Assembly: GCA_963662585.1 (NCBI GenBank) | Contig: OY759729.1 | Coordinates: 1,184,001-1,248,000, forward strand | Source: Candidatus Cloacimonadales bacterium | GTDB taxonomy: Bacteria > Cloacimonadota > Cloacimonadia > Cloacimonadales > JAFGVF01 | Direction of reading: 5' to 3' | DNA length: 64,000 bases | In this document: in pieces, positions 20,355 through 30,325 of the stretch | Numbering within the stretch: position 1 is the stretch's first letter | How the letters are laid out: every line of letters starts with the position of its first letter | Notes under the pieces: model-generated | Databases searched by the model: none | The model's input: only the letters and a program-made list of their open reading frames with translations | Told to the model about the DNA's origin: nothing | Position numbers and translations under genes: made by a program

Positions 20355-22465
20355 ATCGAGTAGGGTGGTGCGTTAGCACCATCCCTCTCACAGAACCGTG
20401 CGTACGGGACTCGTACACGGCTCCTGATAAACCTTGTAATTATTCATAATAATTAAATAAAACACTTGTAGGTTTCGATAGTAAGTCATATAGCCCTAAT
20501 TGCTCAAACCATTCATTAGGTAAAGCTCTATGAATATGATAACAACCAGAATTCTTCCAATGTGTCATAGATATTTTCGGAAAATCACTTTTATGCCCAA
20601 CTCTTCTAAGTTGTTGGTGAAAAGCTTTCCAACTTTTCCATTCCCGCATTTTCTTCATTCTTAGTCGCCGCCTTATCCATGATAATAGAGACTGAAAGAC
20701 TCCTTTGCAATTTGCCACCCTAAAGTAATTCGACCAACCTCTCAATATCGGATTAAGTCTTTTAATCATTGTCTGGACATTAATTCCGCTATTCCGTGGA
20801 GTCAGTGACCGAATCTTATCTTTGAACGCTTTTACTCTTTTATCCTCTATCTTTACATATGATTCATGTATTTCGAAGCCAAGATACTTGACTCCTTTAA
20901 ATACACTCGCAATATGTGTCTTTTCTTCATTTACGATGAGATAAATTGAGTTTAGATATTCTACCGCAATTCGTTGATATTGTTCTGCTTTTTTCTTAGT
21001 CTTAGCAAAAAGTAAAATGTCATCAGCATAGCGTACTATCTCGATTCCTCGACTTTTCATTTCTTGGTCAAAACTATCAAGATATATGTTCATAAGAAGT
21101 GGAGAGATTACCCCTCCTTGTGGACTTCCTACTTCAGTTTCGCTATACTTCCCTTCTTGCATAACACCAGACTTTAAGATTTTCTCTATCAACTTTAATA
21201 ATGTTCCGTCACTTATTTTCCTATTTAATGATTGCATTATGAATTTATGATTTAATGTATCAAAACATTTTGATAAATCCATATCCACTACAAAAGGAAG
21301 CTCTTCCTGAACCATTAATATATGTGCTTTAGCCACTGCCTTTTGACAACTTTTGTTGGGACGGTAGCCATAGCTTTGTGGATGAAAATCAGGTTCAAAA
21401 ATTGGTTGGATGATGTTATTTATTGCCTGCTGTACGATTCTATCTTTTACAGTAGGTATTCCTAATGGCCTCATCTTACCATTTCCTTTAGGTATCTCTA
21501 CCCGTTTCACAGGTGATGGGATATACTTCCCACTTTTCAATTCTAAATGAATCTGCTCTAAGTTCTCTTGTAGAGTCTCACCAAACTTAGATATAGTAAT
21601 ATTATCTATACCTTCTGCACCTCTATTTTTCTTTACCTTTAGGAAAGATTCATAGAGATTACCTTTTGAGTAAACTTTATCAATTAAACTGTACCACTTT
21701 TTCATTTAGTTTCTCCTTTTTCACAATAAACAATGTTTAAATTATACTTTCAAATGACAGTTAATTCAATGAAGACCTTCGAAGTTTTTAGCATAAAGCA
21801 ATCTATCAAAGATTTTATAGGTTTTGACTATTATCCTTTTTTTAACTTCATCTACTCAGTCTCGTAAGGTCATGATAGAAAGAAGGTACTCACCACCGTC
21901 TATCCGAGCCTTGAATCTTTCGATTCTCTTCGTTTCCTACTTTTAAGAAAATATCTCTTTAATTATGTTTATTCTTTGGTTTATCTTCATCCCTTCACAT
22001 GAGATATTTCCTTTTGAAAAATATCCCCCAATATTACTAAGAATATTGTCCCCTCTGTTTTATCCTCCAGTCTGTCACCAGCTTTCATAGGCAAAGGGTT
22101 AGTCACTACTACGGAATCATCTGCCACCTGCTTATGCTTAATACAACTCTTGCCTTTCAGCTTGTAGTCATAGTTACTCTATTAGAGACATTAACAGGCT
22201 TCCCCAGTTAAGCTATCCTGCCTGAATGTAAATCCATCTGTTGTAATCCATGTAATCGACTGACTTTTGGGCGTTCTCACTTTTCGAAGAGTTACCCACT
22301 ACATGAACCAAAATCAGTTTACTTTCGCTATGTTCCACATTCTTCCTGCGTCTTACTTCAGACCCTGCCGTTGCCAGCAACGCCCTTGACCTCAGATTGA
22401 CTTCCTGTCAGTTGGGTGTCAGGACTTCTTTCAGTCCATCGGCTCAGATAACATTCTGGGCAAAC
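20355..22465 (-). mobile_element. Complete group II intron, class IIC (~2.1 kb)
   Basis: 5' GTTTGCCCAGAATG directly after a terminator U-tract; short domain V GAGCCGTGTACGAGTCCCGTACGCACGGTTC (20423-20393); domain VI ending CCTACTCGAT; RT ORF inside. Confidence 0.93.
20440..21705 (-). CDS. ltrA: Group II intron reverse transcriptase/maturase without endonuclease domain
   Basis: GIDN, RPLGIPTVKDRIVQQ, SYGYRP, PQGGVISPLL.NIYL, RYADD; domain X LNPILRGWSNYF; 421 aa. Confidence 0.97.
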   Translation of the reverse strand: MKKWYSLIDKVYSKGNLYESFLKVKKNRGAEGIDNITISKFGETLQENLEQIHLELKSGKYIPSPVKRVEIPKGNGKMRPLGIPTVKDRIVQQAINNIIQPIFEPDFHPQSYGYRPNKSCQKAVAKAHILMVQEELPFVVDMDLSKCFDTLNHKFIMQSLNRKISDGTLLKLIEKILKSGVMQEGKYSETEVGSPQGGVISPLLMNIYLDSFDQEMKSRGIEIVRYADDILLFAKTKKKAEQYQRIAVEYLNSIYLIVNEEKTHIASVFKGVKYLGFEIHESYVKIEDKRVKAFKDKIRSLTPRNSGINVQTMIKRLNPILRGWSNYFRVANCKGVFQSLLSWIRRRLRMKKMREWKSWKAFHQQLRRVGHKSDFPKISMTHWKNSGCYHIHRALPNEWFEQLGLYDLLSKPTSVLFNYYE

Positions 22466-22494
22466 AAAAAGCCCCACTTGCGTAGGGCTTTTTT
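22466..22494 (-). terminator. Intrinsic terminator of 22514..24796; intron target site
   Basis: AAAAAAGCCCTAC-GCAA-GTGGGGCTTTTT. Confidence 0.88.
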
Positions 22495-22513
22495 GTCTAT
22501 ATTAGTTTATGAA

Positions 22514-24796
22514 TTACTTCATTAAAACCATTTTCTTCATTTCACTTCTTCCTGCATTTTCCATTTTGTAGAAATAAACGCCTGAAGAAACTTTGTTACC
22601 AGCATTGTCATTACCATTCCAAACAACATTATGCATTCCAACATTTTGGTTTGAATTAACAAGAGTTTTAACTAATTGACCTTTAACATTATAAACATTA
22701 AGTTTAACATTACCAGTCTTAGCTACATTATAGTTAATTTTAGTAGTTGGGTTGAATGGGTTAGGGTAGTTTTGATTTAACATAGCGATACTTGGAGCTG
22801 CTTCATTATTTTCATTATCAGTTACAGCATCAGTAAATGTTACATCAATAGCCATGTATTTCATTGAACCACCGGTAGCTTGACCGATAGCTTGAACTGA
22901 TGAACCATAAGTATCATCATCTAAATACATGATATGAACACGACCAATAAGATTACCATTTCCATCTTCACCTATGTAGTCAATTTCTGTACCAACATAA
23001 GGGAATTCAGGAATTTCATCTTGCATTTCAGGAGTTTCAACACCATTAAGGAAGAATGGTTCTGACCAATGGTTACCATTATCAGCAGAAACTGAAATAG
23101 CAATTTCAGCCATATTTTGGAAAGGAACATATTCAGGATATGATTCAGGATATGTGTTACCTAAACGAGCTTTATCTGCATCTTGCCATACCATAGCCAT
23201 CATTCCATGATCATTAGCATTTGTCATGCGTGCAGTATGTAAATGGAACATCATAGCATTATCAGCAGCAGCTGAATCCCAGTACATGTAAGGCCAGATT
23301 GTTGCTAAAACTGGCATTCCCCAGTATTCTGTATCAGCAGCAGTAACACCATCATCTTCACCATCATAAGTACCATCATCAAGAACTTCGTCATATTCGC
23401 CATCACCATCTTGATCCCACCAGATCCAAAGATCATTCATAGGATAAAGATTTTGTGATTCATACTGAGTAATATCAATTGGGTCGTTTGGAATAAATGG
23501 TTCTGAACCATTTTCTTGTTGAGGATAAACTTCAGCAAGAGACCATTCCATTGTATTTGTATCGAAAGCAAGATCTTTAACAGTGTGTAAACCAGGATAA
23601 TAAGAACCTTCGTTAGTACTTAAAGTGTAGAAACCTGGGAAGTGAATTCTTCCTTCAGCATCCATACCAGTACTAAAGTGTCCTGATTGACCCATACTAA
23701 TACTTAAATTTTCATCAGTTACATCATCGAAGTAATATTGTGCAGGTGATAAAGGTTCGCCAGTTGCAGGATCGATGTAAGGAGGGTTGATAGCATCAAA
23801 ATCACCAAAAGTAGAATATTGTTGCCATTCACCTTCACCATAGTTATCAGCCATGAATACAGTTAAAGTACCTTCATCAAGAGGAACACCAGCTTCTCCT
23901 GATTCAGAATAAGCTATATGATAACCTATGTAGTAAATTTTATCGTTATTAGCGATAAATGACATATAAGGTCTTCTCCATTCTCCAGTAGAAGAATTCC
24001 ATTCGTTCATTGCAGGAATAGAAGTTGAATTCCAACCTGTTCCATCAAACATTTGATTTTCGATGTCAGCTTCAGTGAAATCTTTGTAGTATATAACTAC
24101 ATTTTCAGAAATAGCTGTACCGTTATCAGTAGCATTTTTTCCCATTACATAAACACGCTGTGAACCAGCGATTGGAGAAGCAGCAACTTGAACTGAAGGC
24201 CAGATAAATTCGTTAGTAGAAACAATAGTTCCATTAACATCAATATCAATAGGGTTATCAATGATAGTGTAAAGGTCAGAGTTCATACCAAGAGCTACTC
24301 CACCGATAACAGCATCATAACCGAAACCAACTTCAAGAGCAGTTGCTTCGTTATCAAGGTCAACATGATAAGCAAAAAGTGGTCTTCCACCTTCAGTTAA
24401 ATCAAGACCAGGATATCCTTCCCATACATCAGAAGCACCAAAAGTACCATTTGACAAGATACTACCAGTATTGTCGATAAATGTTTTATAAACTCTACGG
24501 TTAGAACTTGCAGTTGGTTTTGTATGGAAAACCATCCAATGACCATCTAAGGTTGGAGTTTGAACTCTTTGAAGAGGTTTTCCAGTGTATGAACCTGGGA
24601 AATAGTCATAATAGTTATCAACTATTGATACAGGTTCGATTGCAAAAGTGTATGAAGGCATAAACCTACTATTTTGCGTTACAGGTTTGGTACTATTATC
24701 TCTAAGAGATAATGGTTTTCTAGGGTCGTTTTGACTAGCAAATACATTAGCAATAAGAACGGCTATAATAGCCACAACAAGAAACAAGCGTTTCAT
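22514..24796 (-). CDS. Secreted acidic protein (probable beta-propeller) with FlgD/T9SS-type CTD
   Basis: ATG at 24796 after GGGAGG; signal peptide; Asp-box SADNGNHWS; NQNYPNPFNP...KKMVLMK. Confidence 0.88.
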   Translation of the reverse strand: MKRLFLVVAIIAVLIANVFASQNDPRKPLSLRDNSTKPVTQNSRFMPSYTFAIEPVSIVDNYYDYFPGSYTGKPLQRVQTPTLDGHWMVFHTKPTASSNRRVYKTFIDNTGSILSNGTFGASDVWEGYPGLDLTEGGRPLFAYHVDLDNEATALEVGFGYDAVIGGVALGMNSDLYTIIDNPIDIDVNGTIVSTNEFIWPSVQVAASPIAGSQRVYVMGKNATDNGTAISENVVIYYKDFTEADIENQMFDGTGWNSTSIPAMNEWNSSTGEWRRPYMSFIANNDKIYYIGYHIAYSESGEAGVPLDEGTLTVFMADNYGEGEWQQYSTFGDFDAINPPYIDPATGEPLSPAQYYFDDVTDENLSISMGQSGHFSTGMDAEGRIHFPGFYTLSTNEGSYYPGLHTVKDLAFDTNTMEWSLAEVYPQQENGSEPFIPNDPIDITQYESQNLYPMNDLWIWWDQDGDGEYDEVLDDGTYDGEDDGVTAADTEYWGMPVLATIWPYMYWDSAAADNAMMFHLHTARMTNANDHGMMAMVWQDADKARLGNTYPESYPEYVPFQNMAEIAISVSADNGNHWSEPFFLNGVETPEMQDEIPEFPYVGTEIDYIGEDGNGNLIGRVHIMYLDDDTYGSSVQAIGQATGGSMKYMAIDVTFTDAVTDNENNEAAPSIAMLNQNYPNPFNPTTKINYNVAKTGNVKLNVYNVKGQLVKTLVNSNQNVGMHNVVWNGNDNAGNKVSSGVYFYKMENAGRSEMKKMVLMK

Positions 24797-24927
24797 GTAC
24801 ATTCCTCCCATCTTTTTATTGTTAAGTTTCTATGTAATAATAAAATAACTATATTTTATCATTTCACAAATTCTTTTTTTTTGCCTAAGAAATCACAACT
24901 CAGGCTATTTTTATAAAATTAACTTTA

Positions 24928-24955
24928 TAAGTCCGAGTGAAAACACTCGGACTTA
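24928..24955 (-). terminator. Strong hairpin closing the TBDT-PorV operon
   Basis: taagtccgagtg-aaaa-cactcggactta, perfect 12-bp stem. Confidence 0.7.
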
Positions 24956-24963
24956 AATTTATT

Positions 24964-25986
24964 TTAGAAATTCATTTTAACTGAGAAACGGTGAACACCA
25001 TTAATAAAGTCTTCAGTCAAGTCACCCATATCAGTATAAGCATAATCAAGATTGAATATGGCAAATCTGGTAGGCACATTGAATCCAGCTCCGAAACTAT
25101 AAGTAGCAGCATCATAACCGATTTGGTAACCGGATCTTAAGGCAAAGTTTCTATAAGTATATTCTGAACCAATGTTCCAAGTTTCTCTTCTATCTACGAC
25201 ATTATCTAACTGTGCTGAAAGAATCCAAGCGATATCTTCGTTTCGCACGATATCAGTTGCTATACCGAGAGAGAAACTCATTGGTATTTTAAAACCAAGT
25301 TCTTCTCCATCTTCGTCAATAACACCATCACCGTCGTTATCTAACAAATCGAAAGGGTCTTCATCTGTTAAATCATCATTATCATTATCAATTTCATAAA
25401 TTACATCAGGACCGAAATTTCTTAGGGTCATACCGATAGTTAAGTTATTCCACTGAGTGTTATAAAGAGAACCAATATCAAAGGAATAGCTATTAATACT
25501 GAAATCATAAAGATTCTCTCTGAGATATTTACCTGTAATACCAAAAGAGAACTTATCAGTAAAAGCATTAGAATAGGTTAAACCTAAAGAAATATCACTA
25601 TTAGTGAAAGTTCTACCTGTTGGTCCAAAAGCATCTTCAGTAACTTCATCCATATCATCCATATGTAATACAGAAGCACTCACACCTAAAGCTTGAATAC
25701 CATCAGTGAAAGATACAGCAGCATATTCATGCATGATACCTGCAACCCATTCAGTATGAGAAAAGAATGCTTGTTGATCTAACTTTTCAGCAAGACCTGC
25801 AGGATTCCAGTAAACAGAAGATATATCATCAGAAACGGCTACATAAGCTTCGCCCATTCCTGTTGCTCTAGCGTCAATACCTAATTTTAAGAATTGCAAA
25901 GCTGCAGTACCCTTTTTTCCAAATATATTAGCACACAAGAGAATAGGAACAAGAACAATTACGGTTATTATTATAATTTTTTTCAT
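24964..25986 (-). CDS. PorV/PorQ (UPF0164)-family outer-membrane beta-barrel
   Basis: FLKLGIDARATGMGEAYVA..DD.SSVYWNPAGL signature; C-terminal Phe. Confidence 0.88.
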   Translation of the reverse strand: MKKIIIITVIVLVPILLCANIFGKKGTAALQFLKLGIDARATGMGEAYVAVSDDISSVYWNPAGLAEKLDQQAFFSHTEWVAGIMHEYAAVSFTDGIQALGVSASVLHMDDMDEVTEDAFGPTGRTFTNSDISLGLTYSNAFTDKFSFGITGKYLRENLYDFSINSYSFDIGSLYNTQWNNLTIGMTLRNFGPDVIYEIDNDNDDLTDEDPFDLLDNDGDGVIDEDGEELGFKIPMSFSLGIATDIVRNEDIAWILSAQLDNVVDRRETWNIGSEYTYRNFALRSGYQIGYDAATYSFGAGFNVPTRFAIFNLDYAYTDMGDLTEDFINGVHRFSVKMNF

Positions 25987-25999
25987 AGTTCAGTCCCCT

Positions 26000-28900
26000 T
26001 TATTTAATTAAGACAAATTTGCCAACATTAACATCACCAGTCTTGAGGTTTTTAACTGAGAACAGATAAACACCAGGAGCAATGATTTGGTTATTTTCTG
26101 AAAGAAGATCCCAAGAGTGAATACTTTCTGAAGTAACACCCAAACGAGCAGCTTTACTTACAGTGATAATATCTTCTTCATAAGCACCTTCATGTCTGAA
26201 TTGATCTACTAAGTCACCTGCAAGAGTGAATATTTTAACTTGAGATCTAGTTGGTAAGTTAACAAACCAAATTCTCTTACTCTTATCACCCTTATCATCA
26301 TTCTCTCTTCTACCGTCGAAAGAAGATCCACCTATATATGGATTAGGAACAACATAGACATTAGATCCATCATTATCACTTCTGTTAGGAGCAGGGAAGA
26401 ATACTTTCATATTAGCGTCAGCATCTCTACCTGTTTCCAAGAAATCTAATGATTTATCAGGCATACCTCTATCAAAAGCTGTAACAGCTACATAAGTTTC
26501 TACACCTTTGCGAGGAACACTAGCACTTGAAGTAAAGTATCTTCTTGATAATCTTTCTTTTCTGAGTATTTCTCGTTTCTCGATATCATCGATTGCAGCT
26601 TGACCACCAAAACTATAAAGAGGGATAAGCTTTTCATCATAAAGAGCTCTAAATACATCTTCTCTTACATCGTCTCTTTTGAAAAGTTGCATAGCGATTT
26701 CAGATTTAACTTCGTCGTTCAAAATAACACCATCAACTACAGTTATGCCAAATTCATCAAGAGCAATTTGGTTAGCAGCAGCTTGTAATTCAGCACTATA
26801 ATCAACATCCCATTTATAAATAGGTAAGCCGTAAATTGTCTCACCTTCTACTACATTTCTTAAGAGATAATAATCATTAAACATATAATAATTAGTATCA
26901 TCAGCAGTAGCAGTTCGTGGATTAGGAAGGCCATTATCAATAGCTGTATATCCGCCATAATCAGCAAAAACATCATCACCTTCGCTATTAACAACACCTA
27001 AATTAACATTATAATCTTCAATATCTTGAGCAGTCTCGATTTTGCCCCACATATCAACTAATGACCAATCTTCTTGAGAACCTGAACCAGATCTAATCCA
27101 TGTTCTGAAGCCCTGGAAGTCATGTCTTAAACGATATGCAGTAACAGGAGATACAGTACGAGTTTCCTGATTAGAAACTGTATCGGCTGGAGCAGGTACT
27201 TCTAATTCATTTGCATAGATGTCACTCCACTCATCCCAATTTAAGTAATAACTGTCGAGGTTAGAATTAGCATCTTGCCATCCTACCACAGTTCCACTAA
27301 CATTATCTTTATCATAGGAATATATAGATCTATTATCCCAGTAATAATTGATATAATTACCATCTTCTGAAATTTCAGCAAATAAATTAGGGATTTCAGG
27401 TGGTTCTGGTGGAGTGTAATGTAGAACAGTATCTGGTAAAACAACATTAGTTAATGATTGAGCTGTACCATAAATAGTCTTTGCCCAAATTGAAGTAGCT
27501 TTTAAATCTTCTAAGTTGTCTCCAGGGAAAACTGCAATAACGATTTTCATTGTTTTACGAGGAGCAAGATTCCATCTTTTGAAATAATTTCCCTCGGCAT
27601 CAAGTTCATTATATTCAGGAGTACCAGGTTGAGCACCACTAAAAGCAAAGAGATATCTTGTATCCATTGGTAATTCTTGAATAAAGTGATCACCTGAAGG
27701 ATCTCCATCTGGTTTTCTTAAAGCCATGAATTTGCTATCATCTGGATTTTGATATATGACCTCTGAACCAACTAGTTTTGCTTTACCACCGATTAACAAC
27801 CAATATTTTTCATTATTGGTTTTACCTGTTAATGTTCCAGATCTAATATCCTCATCATCAGGACCGTCACCAACTTCCCAGAACCAACATGAGTAGTTTA
27901 AGGAGTCAGGGTTAGGGATTGGAGAACATACACGAGATCCAACTAAACCTGTTGTTAGTCCACCATCACCATCATCGTCACGAGTATAAGCGAACTCATA
28001 ATCATCACCTTTTTGATAGCCAGAAAGGTCATCACTTGCTTTTTCTGAATCCCAACTTTGAGGTCCAACATCGGAATCCATGTAGATACCCATAGCACAA
28101 TCATAAAGAGTATCTGCAGCATTCATATTTGTTATGTTAAATTCTAAATAAACTAAGTTTTTAATATATTCATAAGACCATTGATAACTCATCTGTCTTA
28201 CGCGAATATTTAAAGGATAGTGGTCAGTTCTTGATCTATCACGACCCCAATCTCTTTGACCTTCATAGCCAAAAGGAGAGTAATCATAATAATAAGAAAT
28301 GAAATCTTGTTCAGAAACAGGAGTACCATCCTCATCAACTCTACCATCACCATCATCATCATAAGGAGTAGCAAAATTGAAATATTCATCTTCATCATTA
28401 GCACTTAAATCCATGAACCCTAAAGGGAACCAGATATCAGATTTTTCTTCAATAGCAGTTGTATTTTCAAAATCCTGATCGTGAAGGTAAATACCTCCTA
28501 ATCCTTGGAATGCTTCTGGAAGTTCGTGGAAATCTCTCATTGGGAAAGTATATCCAGGTCCATCTTCATCTATTTTGCCATCACCATCATCATCATCCGC
28601 ACGGCGTTGATTTCTTGTTGATGAAGTCATAATTTTATCAGAAGAATTGAACATACCAAAGAAATCTGAAACATTAGGATTAGCATTTTCTAAAGGATTA
28701 TATGCAGGTAAGAATTCATTCAGACCTAAATCACCATCGAATCCAACAGAAACTAAGGTATCTAAAACAACACCAGGTCCATCGTAATCTTCAGGTAGCT
28801 CAGATTCAGCAATAACATCCATACCTTGGATATATTGATTATTATAACGCCAGTAGAGCTTTTCACCTGTAGCGTTTCTTCTAATTTTTTTTGCACCGAA

Positions 28901-29158
28901 CCATAAAGATCCAAGATACAGATAGTCAATACCACTACCCCCAGGATATTCTAAGGAAGGATATTGAGGTGTTATATCGTTACCAGATCCAAAGAAACCA
29001 TAATTACTCACGCGGAGCCATATGTTTCCCACATCATGATATTTTGTTAAGTCAAATTGCTTGGTTGGCGTAGGGTCAACCGCAGCAGCGTTTAACATTG
29101 AAACACTGCAAATAATTATAGCTAATACTGGAATCAGCTTACGGAAAATCAATTTCAT
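26000..29158 (-). CDS. 1052-aa secreted protein with DxDxDG motifs and a T9SS-CTD-like C-terminus
   Basis: Signal peptide; HDVGNIWLRVSNYG and EYPGGSG..YL; C-terminus VYVVPNPY...IWFVNLP...KIFTLAGDLV...WDL...APGVYLFSV...GKFVLIK. Confidence 0.82.
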   Translation of the reverse strand: MKLIFRKLIPVLAIIICSVSMLNAAAVDPTPTKQFDLTKYHDVGNIWLRVSNYGFFGSGNDITPQYPSLEYPGGSGIDYLYLGSLWFGAKKIRRNATGEKLYWRYNNQYIQGMDVIAESELPEDYDGPGVVLDTLVSVGFDGDLGLNEFLPAYNPLENANPNVSDFFGMFNSSDKIMTSSTRNQRRADDDDGDGKIDEDGPGYTFPMRDFHELPEAFQGLGGIYLHDQDFENTTAIEEKSDIWFPLGFMDLSANDEDEYFNFATPYDDDGDGRVDEDGTPVSEQDFISYYYDYSPFGYEGQRDWGRDRSRTDHYPLNIRVRQMSYQWSYEYIKNLVYLEFNITNMNAADTLYDCAMGIYMDSDVGPQSWDSEKASDDLSGYQKGDDYEFAYTRDDDGDGGLTTGLVGSRVCSPIPNPDSLNYSCWFWEVGDGPDDEDIRSGTLTGKTNNEKYWLLIGGKAKLVGSEVIYQNPDDSKFMALRKPDGDPSGDHFIQELPMDTRYLFAFSGAQPGTPEYNELDAEGNYFKRWNLAPRKTMKIVIAVFPGDNLEDLKATSIWAKTIYGTAQSLTNVVLPDTVLHYTPPEPPEIPNLFAEISEDGNYINYYWDNRSIYSYDKDNVSGTVVGWQDANSNLDSYYLNWDEWSDIYANELEVPAPADTVSNQETRTVSPVTAYRLRHDFQGFRTWIRSGSGSQEDWSLVDMWGKIETAQDIEDYNVNLGVVNSEGDDVFADYGGYTAIDNGLPNPRTATADDTNYYMFNDYYLLRNVVEGETIYGLPIYKWDVDYSAELQAAANQIALDEFGITVVDGVILNDEVKSEIAMQLFKRDDVREDVFRALYDEKLIPLYSFGGQAAIDDIEKREILRKERLSRRYFTSSASVPRKGVETYVAVTAFDRGMPDKSLDFLETGRDADANMKVFFPAPNRSDNDGSNVYVVPNPYIGGSSFDGRRENDDKGDKSKRIWFVNLPTRSQVKIFTLAGDLVDQFRHEGAYEEDIITVSKAARLGVTSESIHSWDLLSENNQIIAPGVYLFSVKNLKTGDVNVGKFVLIK

Positions 29159-29176
29159 TTATAATCCTCCAGTTTA

Positions 29177-29860
29177 TTAATCTTCTAATTTCAAGTTAAG
29201 AGGAATTTTCACCCAACAAGCTACTGGTCTACCACCAGATTTTGCAGGTTCAAAAGTCCATTGCCATACAGCTTTCATAGCTGCATCGTCTAATCCACCA
29301 GGGATACTTTGCACAGATTTAATCACTCTTACATTTCCCACAGTTCCGTCAACTTTAACCCAAGCCTCAAGTATTACTGTTCCTTCAACATTGTTTTGTT
29401 TAGCAATATCAGGAAATTCTACTTTAGTTTGTCTGATTGGAGTTGGCATTTCTTGGTGAACCACATAAGGTTGATTAACACTAGCATCATCTATGTTAGA
29501 AAAAGATAAATTTAGGTCTATTAATTCATCAGTAGCACTAATAGTAGTTCTAACTTCTGCATTTTCCATAGACTCAATATCAATTTCATCGAAATTCATA
29601 TCAATTTCAATATTTTCTTCAATGATATTTTGTTCTTCTTCAACTACTTCTTCTTCAACGATTTCTTCTTCTTCAACGACTTCTTCGAATTCGAAGTGTT
29701 CTGAGACTTGAGCACTATCGTTAATTTCTTCTTCTGATCCTGACTTTTCGAATCGAGGCATAACTAGTAAAATGAACATAACTAAAACCACAGACATAGC
29801 CATACCCTTAACAAGGTAACCGTTTGCCTCAGTCTTCCAATCTGTATAATTACTTGCCAT
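29177..29860 (-). CDS. tonB: Energy transducer TonB
   Basis: One N-terminal TM, acidic linker, TonB_C domain (FPDIAK..VEGTV...AAMKAVWQWTFEPA..GRPV). Confidence 0.9.
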   Translation of the reverse strand: MASNYTDWKTEANGYLVKGMAMSVVLVMFILLVMPRFEKSGSEEEINDSAQVSEHFEFEEVVEEEEIVEEEVVEEEQNIIEENIEIDMNFDEIDIESMENAEVRTTISATDELIDLNLSFSNIDDASVNQPYVVHQEMPTPIRQTKVEFPDIAKQNNVEGTVILEAWVKVDGTVGNVRVIKSVQSIPGGLDDAAMKAVWQWTFEPAKSGGRPVACWVKIPLNLKLED

Positions 29861-29863
29861 ACA

Positions 29864-30316
29864 TTAGCCCCTTTTCCTAGCTTCAAAGACGATAGATTCG
29901 ACTTTGTTGTTTTGTAGATCAGTGATTAAAGTATTGATAGTATCGAAATCAATATCAGCATCAATTCTAAGACTAACAATCCAGTTCCTGTCAGGATCTT
30001 GATCCATTCTACTTCTGATTTGCTTGCCTAAACTTTTGCTAATTTCTTCATTACTTTTTTTATCGACCAACTCATTTACATAGATATCATCTAAATAATA
30101 ATCAAAATTTGGAGATGCGCCATCATTTCCAACATAAACAGTTAAAATATTGCTTTGCATCTGCCTTTCTATTTCACGAGCATTTGGATATTTAGTCTGA
30201 ACAGGTATATAGATAATCTGAGTAGTAACAACGAAGAAGAGCAATAATAGGAAAGCAATATCTGAAGATGAAGAAGTATTTGCTTCAGCTTGAACTTTTT
30301 TTCTCACCATTTTCAT
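29864..30316 (-). CDS. exbD: ExbD/TolR family protein
   Basis: TSSSSDIAFLLLLFFVVTT transmembrane segment with the conserved Asp. Confidence 0.88.
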   Translation of the reverse strand: MKMVRKKVQAEANTSSSSDIAFLLLLFFVVTTQIIYIPVQTKYPNAREIERQMQSNILTVYVGNDGASPNFDYYLDDIYVNELVDKKSNEEISKSLGKQIRSRMDQDPDRNWIVSLRIDADIDFDTINTLITDLQNNKVESIVFEARKRG

Positions 30317-30325
30317 CAGTCTCTC

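Noticed and set aside
20440..21705. RT as a DGR or retron diversifying the flanking paralogs
   Set aside because: It has YADD/PQGG motifs, domain X and intact intron domains V and VI. No template repeat or avd-like gene was seen, and paralog differences are not adenine-specific.
22441..22513. attC/integron context for the intron
   Set aside because: The upstream hairpin is a typical terminator; there is no integrase or cassette array
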